Below, piece by piece: positions 28,812 to 47,860 of a stretch of DNA of 64,000 nt. The position numbers and the translations under genes were made by a program. The notes under the pieces are model-generated. The model searched no databases. It saw nothing but the letters and a program-made list of their open reading frames with translations, and was not told where the DNA came from. The number at the start of each line of letters is the position of its first letter. The first letter of the stretch is position 1. Source of the DNA: a bacterium (GTDB taxonomy: Bacteria > Patescibacteriota > Minisyncoccia > Ryanbacterales > GWA2-47-10b); NCBI GenBank assembly GCA_027624915.1, contig JAQBTR010000003.1, positions 5,627-69,626 of the forward strand, in the 5' to 3' direction.

Positions 28812-30101
28812 TCAAACTCGCTCAATCCTTGCACCCAACTTTTTAAGCCGAACGTCAAGTCTCTCATAACCTCGGTCCAAATGTTCAACGCCCGAAATAC
28901 GAGATACTCCGTTTGCTGCAAGGGCCGCTACCAAATGAGCAAGACCGGCCCTAATGTCAGGCATAATCATAACTGCACCCTTAAGCCGAGCAGGACCTTT
29001 TATCTCTATACTGTGTGGATATCCCTTGCCAGAAAATCTACACTTACTACCAACACATTTAGTGAGTACCTTAATCTTCGCCCCAAGGTTAATAAAATCT
29101 CTTACATAACCAAAACGGTCCTCATACACCGTATCGTGAACATATGATGTCCCACGAGCCAACATTAAAAGAACGGTAAAGGGTTGCTGCCAATCTGTCA
29201 TAAATCCAGGATGTGGAGCCGTTTCTATGTCGTATGCCTTGAGTGGGCCACTGCGGAAAAAACGTATACCATTTTTTTCTACTTTATACTCCCCTCCAAT
29301 TCTTCGAACAGCGTTTAAAAATGTTATTAAATTCTTTTGTTCTGCCTCCTCTACAAAGATGTTCCCATTTGTGGCCAGCGCCAAAACAGCAAAGGCTGCT
29401 GCCTCGAGTCTGTCTGGTATAACCCTATGTTCTGCGCCGTGGAGTTTTGAAACACCCTCTATCTTTATAACGCGGTTAACACCTAATTCGATTAGAGCGC
29501 CCATTTTTTGAAGACATGAGATTAAATCGATAATTTCTGGTTCTTCTGCTGCGTTCTTTATAGTCGTCTTTCCTTTTGCAAGAACCGCTGCCAAAATAGC
29601 TGTCTCTGTCGCACCAACACTTGGATACGGAAGTGTAATGATCGCACCCTTCAGCTTCTTAGCACTCGCGCAATATGTTTTTTCGCCATGCCAGACCTCA
29701 GCCCCCATCTTTCGTAATAGTGAAAAATGAAAGCTCACGGGACGTGCACCAAGCTTGTCACCACCAACAAATGGGACCTCCGCCTTGCCCATCCTGTGTA
29801 AAAGTGGCGCAATTGCTAATATTGGAATTCGATTTTTTCGAGAAAGCTTGTTGACGCGAAAACTAGTAAGTTTTTTTGCATGTACTGTTACTGTGTCACC
29901 CCTAACAGAAACGCGCGCACCGATTTTTTGAAGAAGCTCTCGTGTTAACTCAAGCTCGAGTGTTTGTGGGACATTGGTGAGAATGACCTTTTCTTCGGTA
30001 AGAAGAGCGGCCACCATAAGCTTGGTAAATGCATTTTTGGCACCCTTCACTCGGACAGACCCCTTGAGTGGTCGTCCGCCTGTAACTACAAGTCGTTCCA
30101 T
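28812..30101 (-). CDS. murA: UDP-GlcNAc 1-carboxyvinyltransferase (Asp variant)
   Basis: GAKNA, GGDKLGARP, SVGATE, PGFMTD, DIRAG, RGYE. Confidence 0.96.
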   Translation of the reverse strand: MERLVVTGGRPLKGSVRVKGAKNAFTKLMVAALLTEEKVILTNVPQTLELELTRELLQKIGARVSVRGDTVTVHAKKLTSFRVNKLSRKNRIPILAIAPLLHRMGKAEVPFVGGDKLGARPVSFHFSLLRKMGAEVWHGEKTYCASAKKLKGAIITLPYPSVGATETAILAAVLAKGKTTIKNAAEEPEIIDLISCLQKMGALIELGVNRVIKIEGVSKLHGAEHRVIPDRLEAAAFAVLALATNGNIFVEEAEQKNLITFLNAVRRIGGEYKVEKNGIRFFRSGPLKAYDIETAPHPGFMTDWQQPFTVLLMLARGTSYVHDTVYEDRFGYVRDFINLGAKIKVLTKCVGSKCRFSGKGYPHSIEIKGPARLKGAVMIMPDIRAGLAHLVAALAANGVSRISGVEHLDRGYERLDVRLKKLGARIERV

Positions 30102-30157
30102 GATTTCCTAGTGTACCCTCTCTTCTGCGTACACGCAAGAAATGTTACACTCAAAAA

Positions 30158-31075
30158 ATGACCAGATTTCAACGAAAACTCCTATTTTGGGCATCAGTCG
30201 TAATCTTCATATTTGGTGTTTTGCCACTTATTTTATTTTCGCTTGGGTACCGTTTTTCATTTGAAGAATTCAAATGGCTTCCAGCTGGAGGACTCTCTAT
30301 ATCATCTATACCATCAACTGGTTCAAGGATTTATGTTGATGGTGAATTGGTTCAAGAAACCAACCTTTTTTCTCGTCGAGCATTTTTGCAAGGACTCACA
30401 CCAGGACAATATGATGTCAAGATTGAACGTGATGGGTATTTCTCCTGGAGTAAAAATCTTACGGTTTTACCTGAAAAAGTAACAGATGTTAGGGCAGTTC
30501 TTGTACGAGATAACCAGGCCCAAAGTGAAATGCTTACTCGAGGAGACTTTGTTAATCTCCATTATGTGCACACCGATAACGAAGTATTTGGACTGGAAAG
30601 TAAAGCTGGCACAACAACCTTTTTCTCGGTAAATGACCGTGAACTCCTTCCTTTTGATAGTGTGGTTGCAACATCATCAGTAGCAATTCCTAGCGCTGTT
30701 AGTGCATTTATTGAAGGACGTAAAGATATTTTTGAATATGACTATGACCCCCAGGGAGAACGTCTTTTGTGGTGGGGAGGTGGCAAACTCTGGGTACGGT
30801 GGTTTGCTGGCGAAGAGTACCTTCCTCTCTATACCGAGGAAGAAGAAATTCTTGTTCTGGATGAAGAACATTTAATTAGAAGGGGTTCCTTCTATCCCGA
30901 ACAAGAGGCTATTATTGCAGCATACGCAAATACTGTCGTTGTCGCAGAACTTGATGGAAGAAACCGCCGTAATGTGTTTGCTCCGTACAAAGGAAAGTCT
31001 CCTAACTTTCTCGTAATAGAAGACCAGCTCTTTGTTCTTGATAACGGAAATCTTATTGTTGTTCCGCTGGAGTAG
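30158..31075 (+). CDS. PEGA domain membrane protein
   Basis: TM, GYRF, SIP..SRIYVDG, LTPGQYDVKIERDGYFSW. Confidence 0.85.
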   Translation: MTRFQRKLLFWASVVIFIFGVLPLILFSLGYRFSFEEFKWLPAGGLSISSIPSTGSRIYVDGELVQETNLFSRRAFLQGLTPGQYDVKIERDGYFSWSKNLTVLPEKVTDVRAVLVRDNQAQSEMLTRGDFVNLHYVHTDNEVFGLESKAGTTTFFSVNDRELLPFDSVVATSSVAIPSAVSAFIEGRKDIFEYDYDPQGERLLWWGGGKLWVRWFAGEEYLPLYTEEEEILVLDEEHLIRRGSFYPEQEAIIAAYANTVVVAELDGRNRRNVFAPYKGKSPNFLVIEDQLFVLDNGNLIVVPLE

Positions 31076-32339
31076 AGGTAGCTCCCGACAAATTCTCAAC
31101 CACACGCCACACATCCCCCGCACCGAGAGCTATCACAACATCGTCACCTTGAATAAGTGACGATGTTTTTTTTATTGCATCCTTTGTATTCTCTGCGTAC
31201 AGAGCCTGTGGATTTGATTTTTTTACAGCCTCCCATAACTCGCGCCCGCTTGTTGTTTTTTCTTGTTCACGCGCTGACGAATAAATTTCAGCGATAACTA
31301 CATTATCAGCATCTTTAAACGAACTAGCAAACTCTTTAAAGAATGTTTTGGTTCGCGAGTACGTATGTGGCTGAAACACAGCAATGATGTGTCGATCTCT
31401 GTATTGCTCCCTTATAGCCTTAAGAGTTGCACGAATTTCTGTTGGATGATGAGCATAGTCATCAATCATTACTGTTCGTGCATCAGCATCGGTGTAGAGC
31501 TCCATTCGTCGTTTGGTGCCACGAAATTCACCTAGAGTAAAATCAATCATGTCTTTTTTTATTCCTAGTTCTCGAGCAAGCACACGAGCTCCTGTCGCAT
31601 TTTGTCTATTGTGCTCACCCCAAACACCAAGAGGAAATTCATCTTTGTCATAAAAAATTACCCGTGCCCTGGCCTCACCCTCAATAATACTTTTTGTACT
31701 CTCGTGTGCCACAATCAAACCGTCTTCTGGAATATATGAGACAAGTTTTATAAAGACATCTCGGTAAGAATCCTCGGTAGGATAATAGTCCGGATGATCA
31801 TACTCAATATTCGTTAGTAAAAGATACTTTGGGTTAAGTGACAAAATCTTTTCTTGATACTCATCCCCCTCAGCTAAAACCCAATCTGACTTACCACCAC
31901 GTGCGGTCCGCCCCCAACGAGTTAAAGACCCACCAACAAGCACCGTTGGATCCAAGGCTGCATCCTCAAGAATGCACCCAAGCATGGCACTCGTTGTTGT
32001 CTTGCCGTGCGTACCTGTGACAAGGATGGAATTCTTATGGCTATTGAACACCTCTGCCAAAATGTCTCTATATGAAGTTATGGGTATCCCGAGTTCTTCG
32101 GCTCTCTTAAGTTGAGGATGGTCTACGGAGTACGCACTACTATATATAACCCTATCAATATCATCACCAATATGATTTTGGTCAAAAGAATATATTGGAA
32201 TCGACATACCCTTCAAAATCTCGTCAGTAAAGAACTCTTCATCAGTGTCAGACCCCTCAACCAAAAACCCCCACATTTTGTAGAGAGTAGCGATTCCGGT
32301 CATCCCAACCCCTTTAATACCTACAAAAAATACTTTCAT
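31053..32339 (-). CDS. murC: UDP-MurNAc--L-alanine ligase
   Basis: GIKGVGM, GTHGKTTT, DDYAHHPTEI, FQPHTYSRT, GAGD. Confidence 0.96.
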   Translation of the reverse strand: MKVFFVGIKGVGMTGIATLYKMWGFLVEGSDTDEEFFTDEILKGMSIPIYSFDQNHIGDDIDRVIYSSAYSVDHPQLKRAEELGIPITSYRDILAEVFNSHKNSILVTGTHGKTTTSAMLGCILEDAALDPTVLVGGSLTRWGRTARGGKSDWVLAEGDEYQEKILSLNPKYLLLTNIEYDHPDYYPTEDSYRDVFIKLVSYIPEDGLIVAHESTKSIIEGEARARVIFYDKDEFPLGVWGEHNRQNATGARVLARELGIKKDMIDFTLGEFRGTKRRMELYTDADARTVMIDDYAHHPTEIRATLKAIREQYRDRHIIAVFQPHTYSRTKTFFKEFASSFKDADNVVIAEIYSSAREQEKTTSGRELWEAVKKSNPQALYAENTKDAIKKTSSLIQGDDVVIALGAGDVWRVVENLSGATSTPAEQQ

Positions 32340-32464
32340 CCCGTTAGAGATAGGTTGTCAAAGACAACCGTACCAATTTCAATAACTCGACCTCGTGGAT
32401 TATATTGTTTGTTTATTTTTGACATGAAAGAATATTTGATTAATAAATCTCTAACGGGATTCAT
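32336..32464 (-). pseudogene. 42-aa N-terminal stub of a class I SAM methyltransferase
   Basis: MNPVRDLLIKYSFMSKINKQYNPRGRVIEIGT.. breaks off in motif I; ATGA overlaps on both sides. Not in the ORF track. Confidence 0.45.
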
Positions 32465-32679
32465 TCCTTCTTTGATGCAGTAACTACTATATAGTCAACT
32501 TTAATATGTTTGTACAAAAAATTCATGATGCTTTTTATAATAGGTGAAAAAAATGGTCCTGACAGCATTGTTTTATCAAAATTCTGTATAAAGCCCTTAA
32601 GTGCCTCTTTTTTTATAGAAACAACATCTATGCGGTCATAGAGTAGGTCAGAGCGTGTGTTTTGATTATTATCAGACAT
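32461..32679 (-). pseudogene. internally deleted methyltransferase-like remnant
   Basis: DVVSIKKEALKGF...DYIVVTASKK resembles the C-terminus of small-molecule class I MTases; no SAM-binding core. Confidence 0.4.
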
Positions 32680-32690
32680 ATAAAATGTAT

Positions 32691-33677
32691 CTATTCCTCT
32701 GTAAGAATAAGGTTTTTTATTACTCGTCGCCTTAGTGATACGGAATGTCTCAAAAGAATACTATATATCGGAGCTAATGCTTTCCAAGCTATATTTGGAC
32801 GCATATAAAACTTAAGGGTGCGCACATGATCACGAAATGTATTTCGTGCTCGTTTTTCGATCTTTCCAAAAACTACACGAAGTGGTACACCCTTCTTAGT
32901 GAGCCTTGCTAAATGTACCGCCTCTCGTGCCCAAAAACTTACATTTTGTCCTGACAGTGGGTGAAGTAATAATGCCTCACCTCCCCAAAATAATTCTTTA
33001 TCCGTAAACATTTGTTTACGTAATTTTATATTTGGAAACGAGAACGATCGCCCGATACGTTTGCCCCTTTCCTCTTCTATATACTCGTTAATTACACTTG
33101 GTCGATTTTCTAATAACAACTTCATATCAACGTCTTTTGTTCTTGGTATAACAATAAATGTGAAAAATGAAGGGCGTGACTGATATACACCGATTACGGC
33201 ATTGGGCATATCAAAACTTAAGATGTCATGTCTGTATGACTCTTTGAGATCTCCATTATATTCCTGCATATACACATCTGGGGAATCTTCCCTCTCCCAC
33301 TCTCCTTCTGTTGTAGCAGTATTTTTACATTCGACAGGCTCGCTCGACAAAAGCTCTCTTAACTTACTACTCCACACCCACCGAGCTCTCTCTTGAGTAA
33401 CGATTCCTAGGTCATACGTAACAATCGTTTTACCAGTCTTGTCTAAAAATCGAATAGTCTGAACATAAAAAAGTCCATCACTCAAATCACTAGTATTGAT
33501 ACCCATGCGGTCTAAGGCCTCTATACCTCCAGGCTGTAACAGAATGATCTCTGGACCAGGATGTGACTCGAAAGGATAGTGAATATGAAATGGAACCTGA
33601 ACCCCAACACGCCTAAAAGCATACTCCAGTAGCTGACCGGGTATATGACTTGTAAACAAACATTTAGATTGCGGCAT
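32691..33677 (-). CDS. degenerate FAD-dependent monooxygenase-like protein (UbiH/PHBH fold)
   Basis: LQPGGIEALDRMGI and LHPLSGQNVSFWAREAVHLA; the GxGxxG and GDAAH motifs are eroded. Confidence 0.6.
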   Translation of the reverse strand: MPQSKCLFTSHIPGQLLEYAFRRVGVQVPFHIHYPFESHPGPEIILLQPGGIEALDRMGINTSDLSDGLFYVQTIRFLDKTGKTIVTYDLGIVTQERARWVWSSKLRELLSSEPVECKNTATTEGEWEREDSPDVYMQEYNGDLKESYRHDILSFDMPNAVIGVYQSRPSFFTFIVIPRTKDVDMKLLLENRPSVINEYIEEERGKRIGRSFSFPNIKLRKQMFTDKELFWGGEALLLHPLSGQNVSFWAREAVHLARLTKKGVPLRVVFGKIEKRARNTFRDHVRTLKFYMRPNIAWKALAPIYSILLRHSVSLRRRVIKNLILTEE

Positions 33678-34308
33678 ATACTGAGAGCAAACTAGCCATA
33701 ATACGAAACTTAATAGTTGGGATACGCAAAGACAGTTCTGGGATAATCTTTCGTAACCACTCCTTACGTACTTTTCGTACTATATCATGATACTCGTTTC
33801 TTAGTTTTGAAACGTCTCGTGATTCTTTATATCCATCTATTACTTTATATGACATGCAAAGATGACGCTCTTCATCATCCACCAACTCATCAATGCCGCT
33901 AGCAATAAACGCAAAGCGATCCTTGCCATGTAAAACTTTTTTATACGAAAGAATAAAGTCCTTAAAGTTTTCTTCCATAATTGTAGATATGAGAGCGGCT
34001 TCTAAATCTTGAGGTATGTCGCTTAAGATATTTTGATGCTTTTTTAGCATTGGCTTTATATAAGCAAGAATACTGATACTTCCTGGTCTTTTTATGTTCC
34101 AAAGACCAGTCTCCTCCATCCAAGAACGTACAAGTTTTGCGTGCTTCTCTTCTTCTTGCATATGCCCTTTTGCCTCTGCATCCTTTTGAGGCAATAGAAT
34201 CTCAGCACCAAAACACTCGTCCTCATATAACATTCCGAGCACTAGTGCATGGGCATCATCAAATCGCACGACCTCACACCAAAAAGAGTTTAAAAAGAAA
34301 AACTTCAT
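33664..34308 (-). CDS. ferritin-like diiron-carboxylate protein
   Basis: E...EEKH...E...DEERH spacing of a diiron four-helix bundle. Confidence 0.75.
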   Translation of the reverse strand: MKFFFLNSFWCEVVRFDDAHALVLGMLYEDECFGAEILLPQKDAEAKGHMQEEEKHAKLVRSWMEETGLWNIKRPGSISILAYIKPMLKKHQNILSDIPQDLEAALISTIMEENFKDFILSYKKVLHGKDRFAFIASGIDELVDDEERHLCMSYKVIDGYKESRDVSKLRNEYHDIVRKVRKEWLRKIIPELSLRIPTIKFRIMASLLSVYAAI

Positions 34309-35285
34309 TTTTTACTGTAGATAGGTGACAATAATTTAGAAATAAGCTGCTTCGGCCACCACTGTCTCGCGATAATTCCAAAATATATATTACCCTCAAC
34401 ATTGTGTTGGCCACGAACACCTTGAGCTTTTCCTGACCCATTCCATATCCAGAGAGATGTCAAACGCCTATGTGCTACCTCCTGACCTGGAAATGATACA
34501 TCAGCATGTATATCAAGTTTTAATTTCTCTGAACGAAAGTGCCACGTTGTTGGATAGGGCTCTCCTGTTTTAGGACTTATCCACGTGCCAGTACCTGGCT
34601 GCAAACTATACTCTCCTTCACGCACGACCTGAAACATTCCTTGTGCATCTATAAAAATCCCGTGTATACCAGGACGAAATTCCCAAGGAGCAATATACAT
34701 AATTAGTTCGGACTTGTCATTGAGCTGCACATGAATCCATCTACACCCAAGGTCATTACAATTCATTGGAACTACGCGTGACCAACCATACTCACAAATC
34801 GCCGTACCATCTATACAGCTTTCACCATTTAGCGTGCCAGAAACTGCCAACCTTGGATATACAAACCCCATACTATTTGGATCGTGGTCTGGTGAACCGA
34901 ATAGTGGAACTTTATCTTTTTCGGGTTTTAATGTTAGACGTAGGTCTCCAACGGGTAAATCGGCAATCAAAACAAGCTCATCATCATCTTTTCTCAAAGA
35001 AAGTTTGGGCGAAAAAAACGATGGTCCAGTTCTACGGGTATCCCCTTTAAAATCTTTTGGAGCTATCAACATCTCAAAAGACTTATGCTTTTTATTTTCA
35101 ATATCTATAAAAACTGGAAGTGCGTATACTCGATTTGTTCCTGCAAGCGTACCACCAAAACGACCAAGGTCACTCTCGGGACGCCTCACTACAAAAAGCA
35201 TTAACTTGTGCGGAGCACCCTTAATATTGAGGTGACTATCGACACCCCACCACATCTGCTCAATATGTCGCCATTCTTTTTTCAT
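34305..35285 (-). CDS. CrtC/AttH-like lipocalin-fold protein (hydratase/cyclase family)
   Basis: IEQMWW, YPRLAVSGTL, WIHVQLND, WISPKTGEPYPTTW, QE....WNG; ATG 35285 overlaps the UbiA stop. Confidence 0.75.
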   Translation of the reverse strand: MKKEWRHIEQMWWGVDSHLNIKGAPHKLMLFVVRRPESDLGRFGGTLAGTNRVYALPVFIDIENKKHKSFEMLIAPKDFKGDTRRTGPSFFSPKLSLRKDDDELVLIADLPVGDLRLTLKPEKDKVPLFGSPDHDPNSMGFVYPRLAVSGTLNGESCIDGTAICEYGWSRVVPMNCNDLGCRWIHVQLNDKSELIMYIAPWEFRPGIHGIFIDAQGMFQVVREGEYSLQPGTGTWISPKTGEPYPTTWHFRSEKLKLDIHADVSFPGQEVAHRRLTSLWIWNGSGKAQGVRGQHNVEGNIYFGIIARQWWPKQLISKLLSPIYSKK

Positions 35286-36112
35286 ATAAAGATCAGAAAC
35301 AGCGCGTACACAACAAATTCTTCGAGTCGCCACAAAGGATGAAAGACACTCCTACGAGCTGCTAGTATCTCACAAGCATGCATGTTACTCAATGTATATG
35401 CACGAAGCAACCATGCGATAAGAGTTATTAAAAATAATACTGAATAATATGAAAATATCGCACCAGTGACTATTCCTAATGTAACCACAATCCGCAAAGC
35501 CTGCATACCTGTTTGTCCGGTAATCTTGTGTACCTCATTGGGTTCCTCTGCATCATCGACGAGGTGAAGGAACTCCAAAAACCAAGCAAACAAAAAAACA
35601 ATAGACGCCACCATCAACTGTGTCTTATTTGGATACCCAAGCAAAATGAGACCTTCAAAAAACAAAAAGAAAATTCCTATGGGTGGCGCAAGAATACCTA
35701 TAATGGGTCGTTCTTTAAACCGTAACTTTGGAATGCTATACGCCACACTCAAAAACAAATTAACTAAAATAAGTATAAAAGCTCCTTTTGTAATAGACAC
35801 CCACCAAAGAGATGCTATCAGCATGCTCAAAACTATAAACGGAAGTAAAAATAAGACCAGTAGATTCCTCTCTGAAAGACGTCCTTCTTGAACAGCGCTT
35901 CCTACATCGTTTATCTCGCCACCTAATTTCCAGTCATAATAATCGTTTAGGATAGATGCGCCCATTATTCCGACACCAACAATAAGTGTATTTATAGCTA
36001 ATGGAATAGTGTCAAAGACTCCACCTATGGCGTATCCAAAGAATGTATAACCAAGCAACCGAAATCCACTAATTTTTTTACCGTGAATAATTCGATAAAT
36101 CCTTAGTATCAT
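35282..36112 (-). CDS. UbiA-family prenyltransferase
   Basis: Multi-TM; NDYYD, YSIPKLRFKERP, second acidic motif HLVDDAEE. Confidence 0.88.
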   Translation of the reverse strand: MILRIYRIIHGKKISGFRLLGYTFFGYAIGGVFDTIPLAINTLIVGVGIMGASILNDYYDWKLGGEINDVGSAVQEGRLSERNLLVLFLLPFIVLSMLIASLWWVSITKGAFILILVNLFLSVAYSIPKLRFKERPIIGILAPPIGIFFLFFEGLILLGYPNKTQLMVASIVFLFAWFLEFLHLVDDAEEPNEVHKITGQTGMQALRIVVTLGIVTGAIFSYYSVLFLITLIAWLLRAYTLSNMHACEILAARRSVFHPLWRLEEFVVYALFLIFI

Positions 36113-37146
36113 GAGGCTCGTCTAATTATATATTCGGACAACCCGCAAAGGTCTTTCTTTATTTTTGATGAAAGATTACTACGGTCTAACACACGCCCTG
36201 CTTGAAGGACTAACTCATCTGCATAGTTTGAGACAACATCATATGCTCCACTTTCTTTATATATACTTTTTATGCATGATAGAGCTTTTGAATCTATTTC
36301 TTTACCGTGCACTGACAAAAGATATTTTTTATCAATGACTGAGGCACGATTTACAGCCTCAAAGAAAAGTAATGTGGGCTTACCCTCCGAGATATCCCGC
36401 CCCAAGGACTTACCTGTTTTCTTAGGTGAACCAAAAACATCAAGCATATCGTCCTGTATCTGAAATGCAATACCTGTATACATGCCGTAGACTGCGAGAG
36501 ATCGTTGGTTTTTTATAGAAGCTCCTGCAAGTATTGCACCTGCAACAAGTGGTGCAGTTACTGTATAACCCGCTGTTTTGTGCTCATACAATTCAAGAAT
36601 ATTTTTACGCTTGATATTGCGCACGTCGGTGAGCGCAATATCAATAGCTTGACCTAGACCAACCAAATAAAATGCGTCCATAAGATACTTAATCGCATCG
36701 TGTTTTTGTTTTGGAGAAGATGTTACCTCATTTAACAACTCGTGCATCAAAACAAGAGCATAGTCACCCGCAACAATTGCCAACTCTCTACCGCGTCCTT
36801 TTACTATCTTATTGGCTCGCACATGGTATGAGGGTTGGCCACGACGCTTAGATGAGTTATCTATTAAATCGTCATGTATGAGAAGTGACGTATGAGCAAC
36901 CTCAATACCCATTCCTACCTGTAAAACATCTCGATTTGAAACCTTTTTTGGTCCTGACCTAGAACCAATATCAACAAGAAATGGCCGTAAGCGTTTACCA
37001 CCATTAAGAGATACTTTAAGCTGTCTCAAAGTCTCTGTTGTTATGCTTGAAAGCTTTGAGGATGATTTAATTTTCTTGTCTATATATAACCCAAGCTCTT
37101 TATTGAATCTATTTTGAAACTTTTTTATTTTTTGTTCTATGTTCAT
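36109..37146 (-). CDS. polyprenyl diphosphate synthase (IspA/CrtE family)
   Basis: GGKRLRP, LIHDDLID..RRG, GQAID, KTA, FQIQDDMLD, D..EGK. Confidence 0.95.
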   Translation of the reverse strand: MNIEQKIKKFQNRFNKELGLYIDKKIKSSSKLSSITTETLRQLKVSLNGGKRLRPFLVDIGSRSGPKKVSNRDVLQVGMGIEVAHTSLLIHDDLIDNSSKRRGQPSYHVRANKIVKGRGRELAIVAGDYALVLMHELLNEVTSSPKQKHDAIKYLMDAFYLVGLGQAIDIALTDVRNIKRKNILELYEHKTAGYTVTAPLVAGAILAGASIKNQRSLAVYGMYTGIAFQIQDDMLDVFGSPKKTGKSLGRDISEGKPTLLFFEAVNRASVIDKKYLLSVHGKEIDSKALSCIKSIYKESGAYDVVSNYADELVLQAGRVLDRSNLSSKIKKDLCGLSEYIIRRAS

Positions 37147-37147
37147 A

Positions 37148-38395
37148 TCATTCTATTCCGACAAACACCCCGCTAAAACTTACTATATCGCCTGGAGACG
37201 TTTCGATTATTATCCTGATATCATTTCCTTTTTCCTGAAACTGACTGATGTCTTCTTGCTCTTCCCACGATGTCTCCCTGTTCTCTTCTCCAGATAAATC
37301 ACTCCACCAATCCCCTATAATAGAGTAGCTATCAGTAGGTGCTATCTCACACCGAGCACGCGGAAATCCATCATTTGGAGTTGCATCTATTGTTTCTGAC
37401 AAAAAGTGAACGTTGCAATCGAATTTAGATATAGGATCAAGTTGTGGATCAAAAGGGAATTCTATTGAGTCCAAGTATACAAACTCCCCCACTCGCCCAT
37501 CATCCATGGACGAATCAACATATCCAGCATCTGATGCATATTCTGGATATAAAGGATCTTGACCAAGAATAAACGGTAACGTAAATGCAATAAAAAGACC
37601 CGTTGGTACAATTACATTGATGACTGTATCACGTAGTGGGTACTTCAAGGCTACCAACCGCCAAAGTATGTATGCTGGAATTGCTATATATTGTCCTAGT
37701 GTAAGACTCACGGCATCATAATATTTGCCACCTATAAGTCCCAAGGAAAAAACAAATTCTTCTGCCAAGAACACTAGGTCTTCGAATACGAACTTAGCAA
37801 CAGGCAAGGCAATGAGCGCAAACAAAACAGCAAAACGGCTACCACGACTAGGAAATACCGCTCGTAACAAAAAATACATTTGAATTGGTATCACCACACC
37901 TGCAAAGATATGTGAAAAATGTAAGGTATGATAACCAAGAACTGGTAATACTACCGGGATCTGACTAAACCAAAGATGAGGAATATCCAATAGTGGCAAC
38001 GATACCCATGTCATGGTGAGTGCAAAAGCACCCTTCTCGACTTGAGCCAGCGAAAGTTTTTTTACACCCTCAAATACTGGTTGCAATGACCACAGAAAAA
38101 TCGCAAGAAAAAGCCAATTGACTATTGCTATAGTTCCAAAAGTCAAAGAGTATAAAACAAAATTAGAAAAAGAACTCCAAATTGGTTTTGTAAAGAGAAG
38201 ATACCCGTGTAAATTAATCCATACCGCACCAACTATAAATAAGAATGTAAGTACGGATGGGTACCTAATTGCCAAAGGATCGATATTACGAAAAACCTTA
38301 TGTGGCCGTAGTAACGCATGCCATGCATAACTTAGAAGCTCTTTTATTCCCCAGGATACCTGCATATATTTCGAATATATCATGCGAATAATCAC
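37148..38395 (-). CDS. polytopic membrane protein with C-terminal soluble domain (Yip1-like N-terminus)
   Basis: LLRPHKVFR followed by about 7-8 TM segments and an acidic beta-rich tail. Confidence 0.65.
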   Translation of the reverse strand: MIIRMIYSKYMQVSWGIKELLSYAWHALLRPHKVFRNIDPLAIRYPSVLTFLFIVGAVWINLHGYLLFTKPIWSSFSNFVLYSLTFGTIAIVNWLFLAIFLWSLQPVFEGVKKLSLAQVEKGAFALTMTWVSLPLLDIPHLWFSQIPVVLPVLGYHTLHFSHIFAGVVIPIQMYFLLRAVFPSRGSRFAVLFALIALPVAKFVFEDLVFLAEEFVFSLGLIGGKYYDAVSLTLGQYIAIPAYILWRLVALKYPLRDTVINVIVPTGLFIAFTLPFILGQDPLYPEYASDAGYVDSSMDDGRVGEFVYLDSIEFPFDPQLDPISKFDCNVHFLSETIDATPNDGFPRARCEIAPTDSYSIIGDWWSDLSGEENRETSWEEQEDISQFQEKGNDIRIIIETSPGDIVSFSGVFVGIE

Positions 38396-38412
38396 TTGTA
38401 GAAATTAGAATT

Positions 38413-47685
<9,273 letters not shown>

Positions 47686-47702
47686 TTAGTTTAGAATTAA
47701 AC

Positions 47703-47736
47703 AAAAAAATGACCTACAACTTTGTAGGTCATTTTT
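47703..47736. terminator. intrinsic terminator hairpin
   Basis: AAAAAAATGACCTACA-ACTT-TGTAGGTCATTTTT. Confidence 0.7.
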
Positions 47737-47860
47737 AAGGATTCTTGTGGACAAGAATCTTTATTTTTGTTACTCTGTATTACTTTTTTAAACTTTTATT
47801 TTCTATAAAACTCTCACATCTCTTACTTTAAATACATAAACCTTAATAGGTATAGCTTAT

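Noticed and set aside
34305-37146. Standard carotenoid or ubiquinone operon
   Set aside because: No crtB/crtI and no recognisable ubiC/D/X/E/G; the monooxygenase is degenerate. Genes elsewhere in the genome cannot be excluded.
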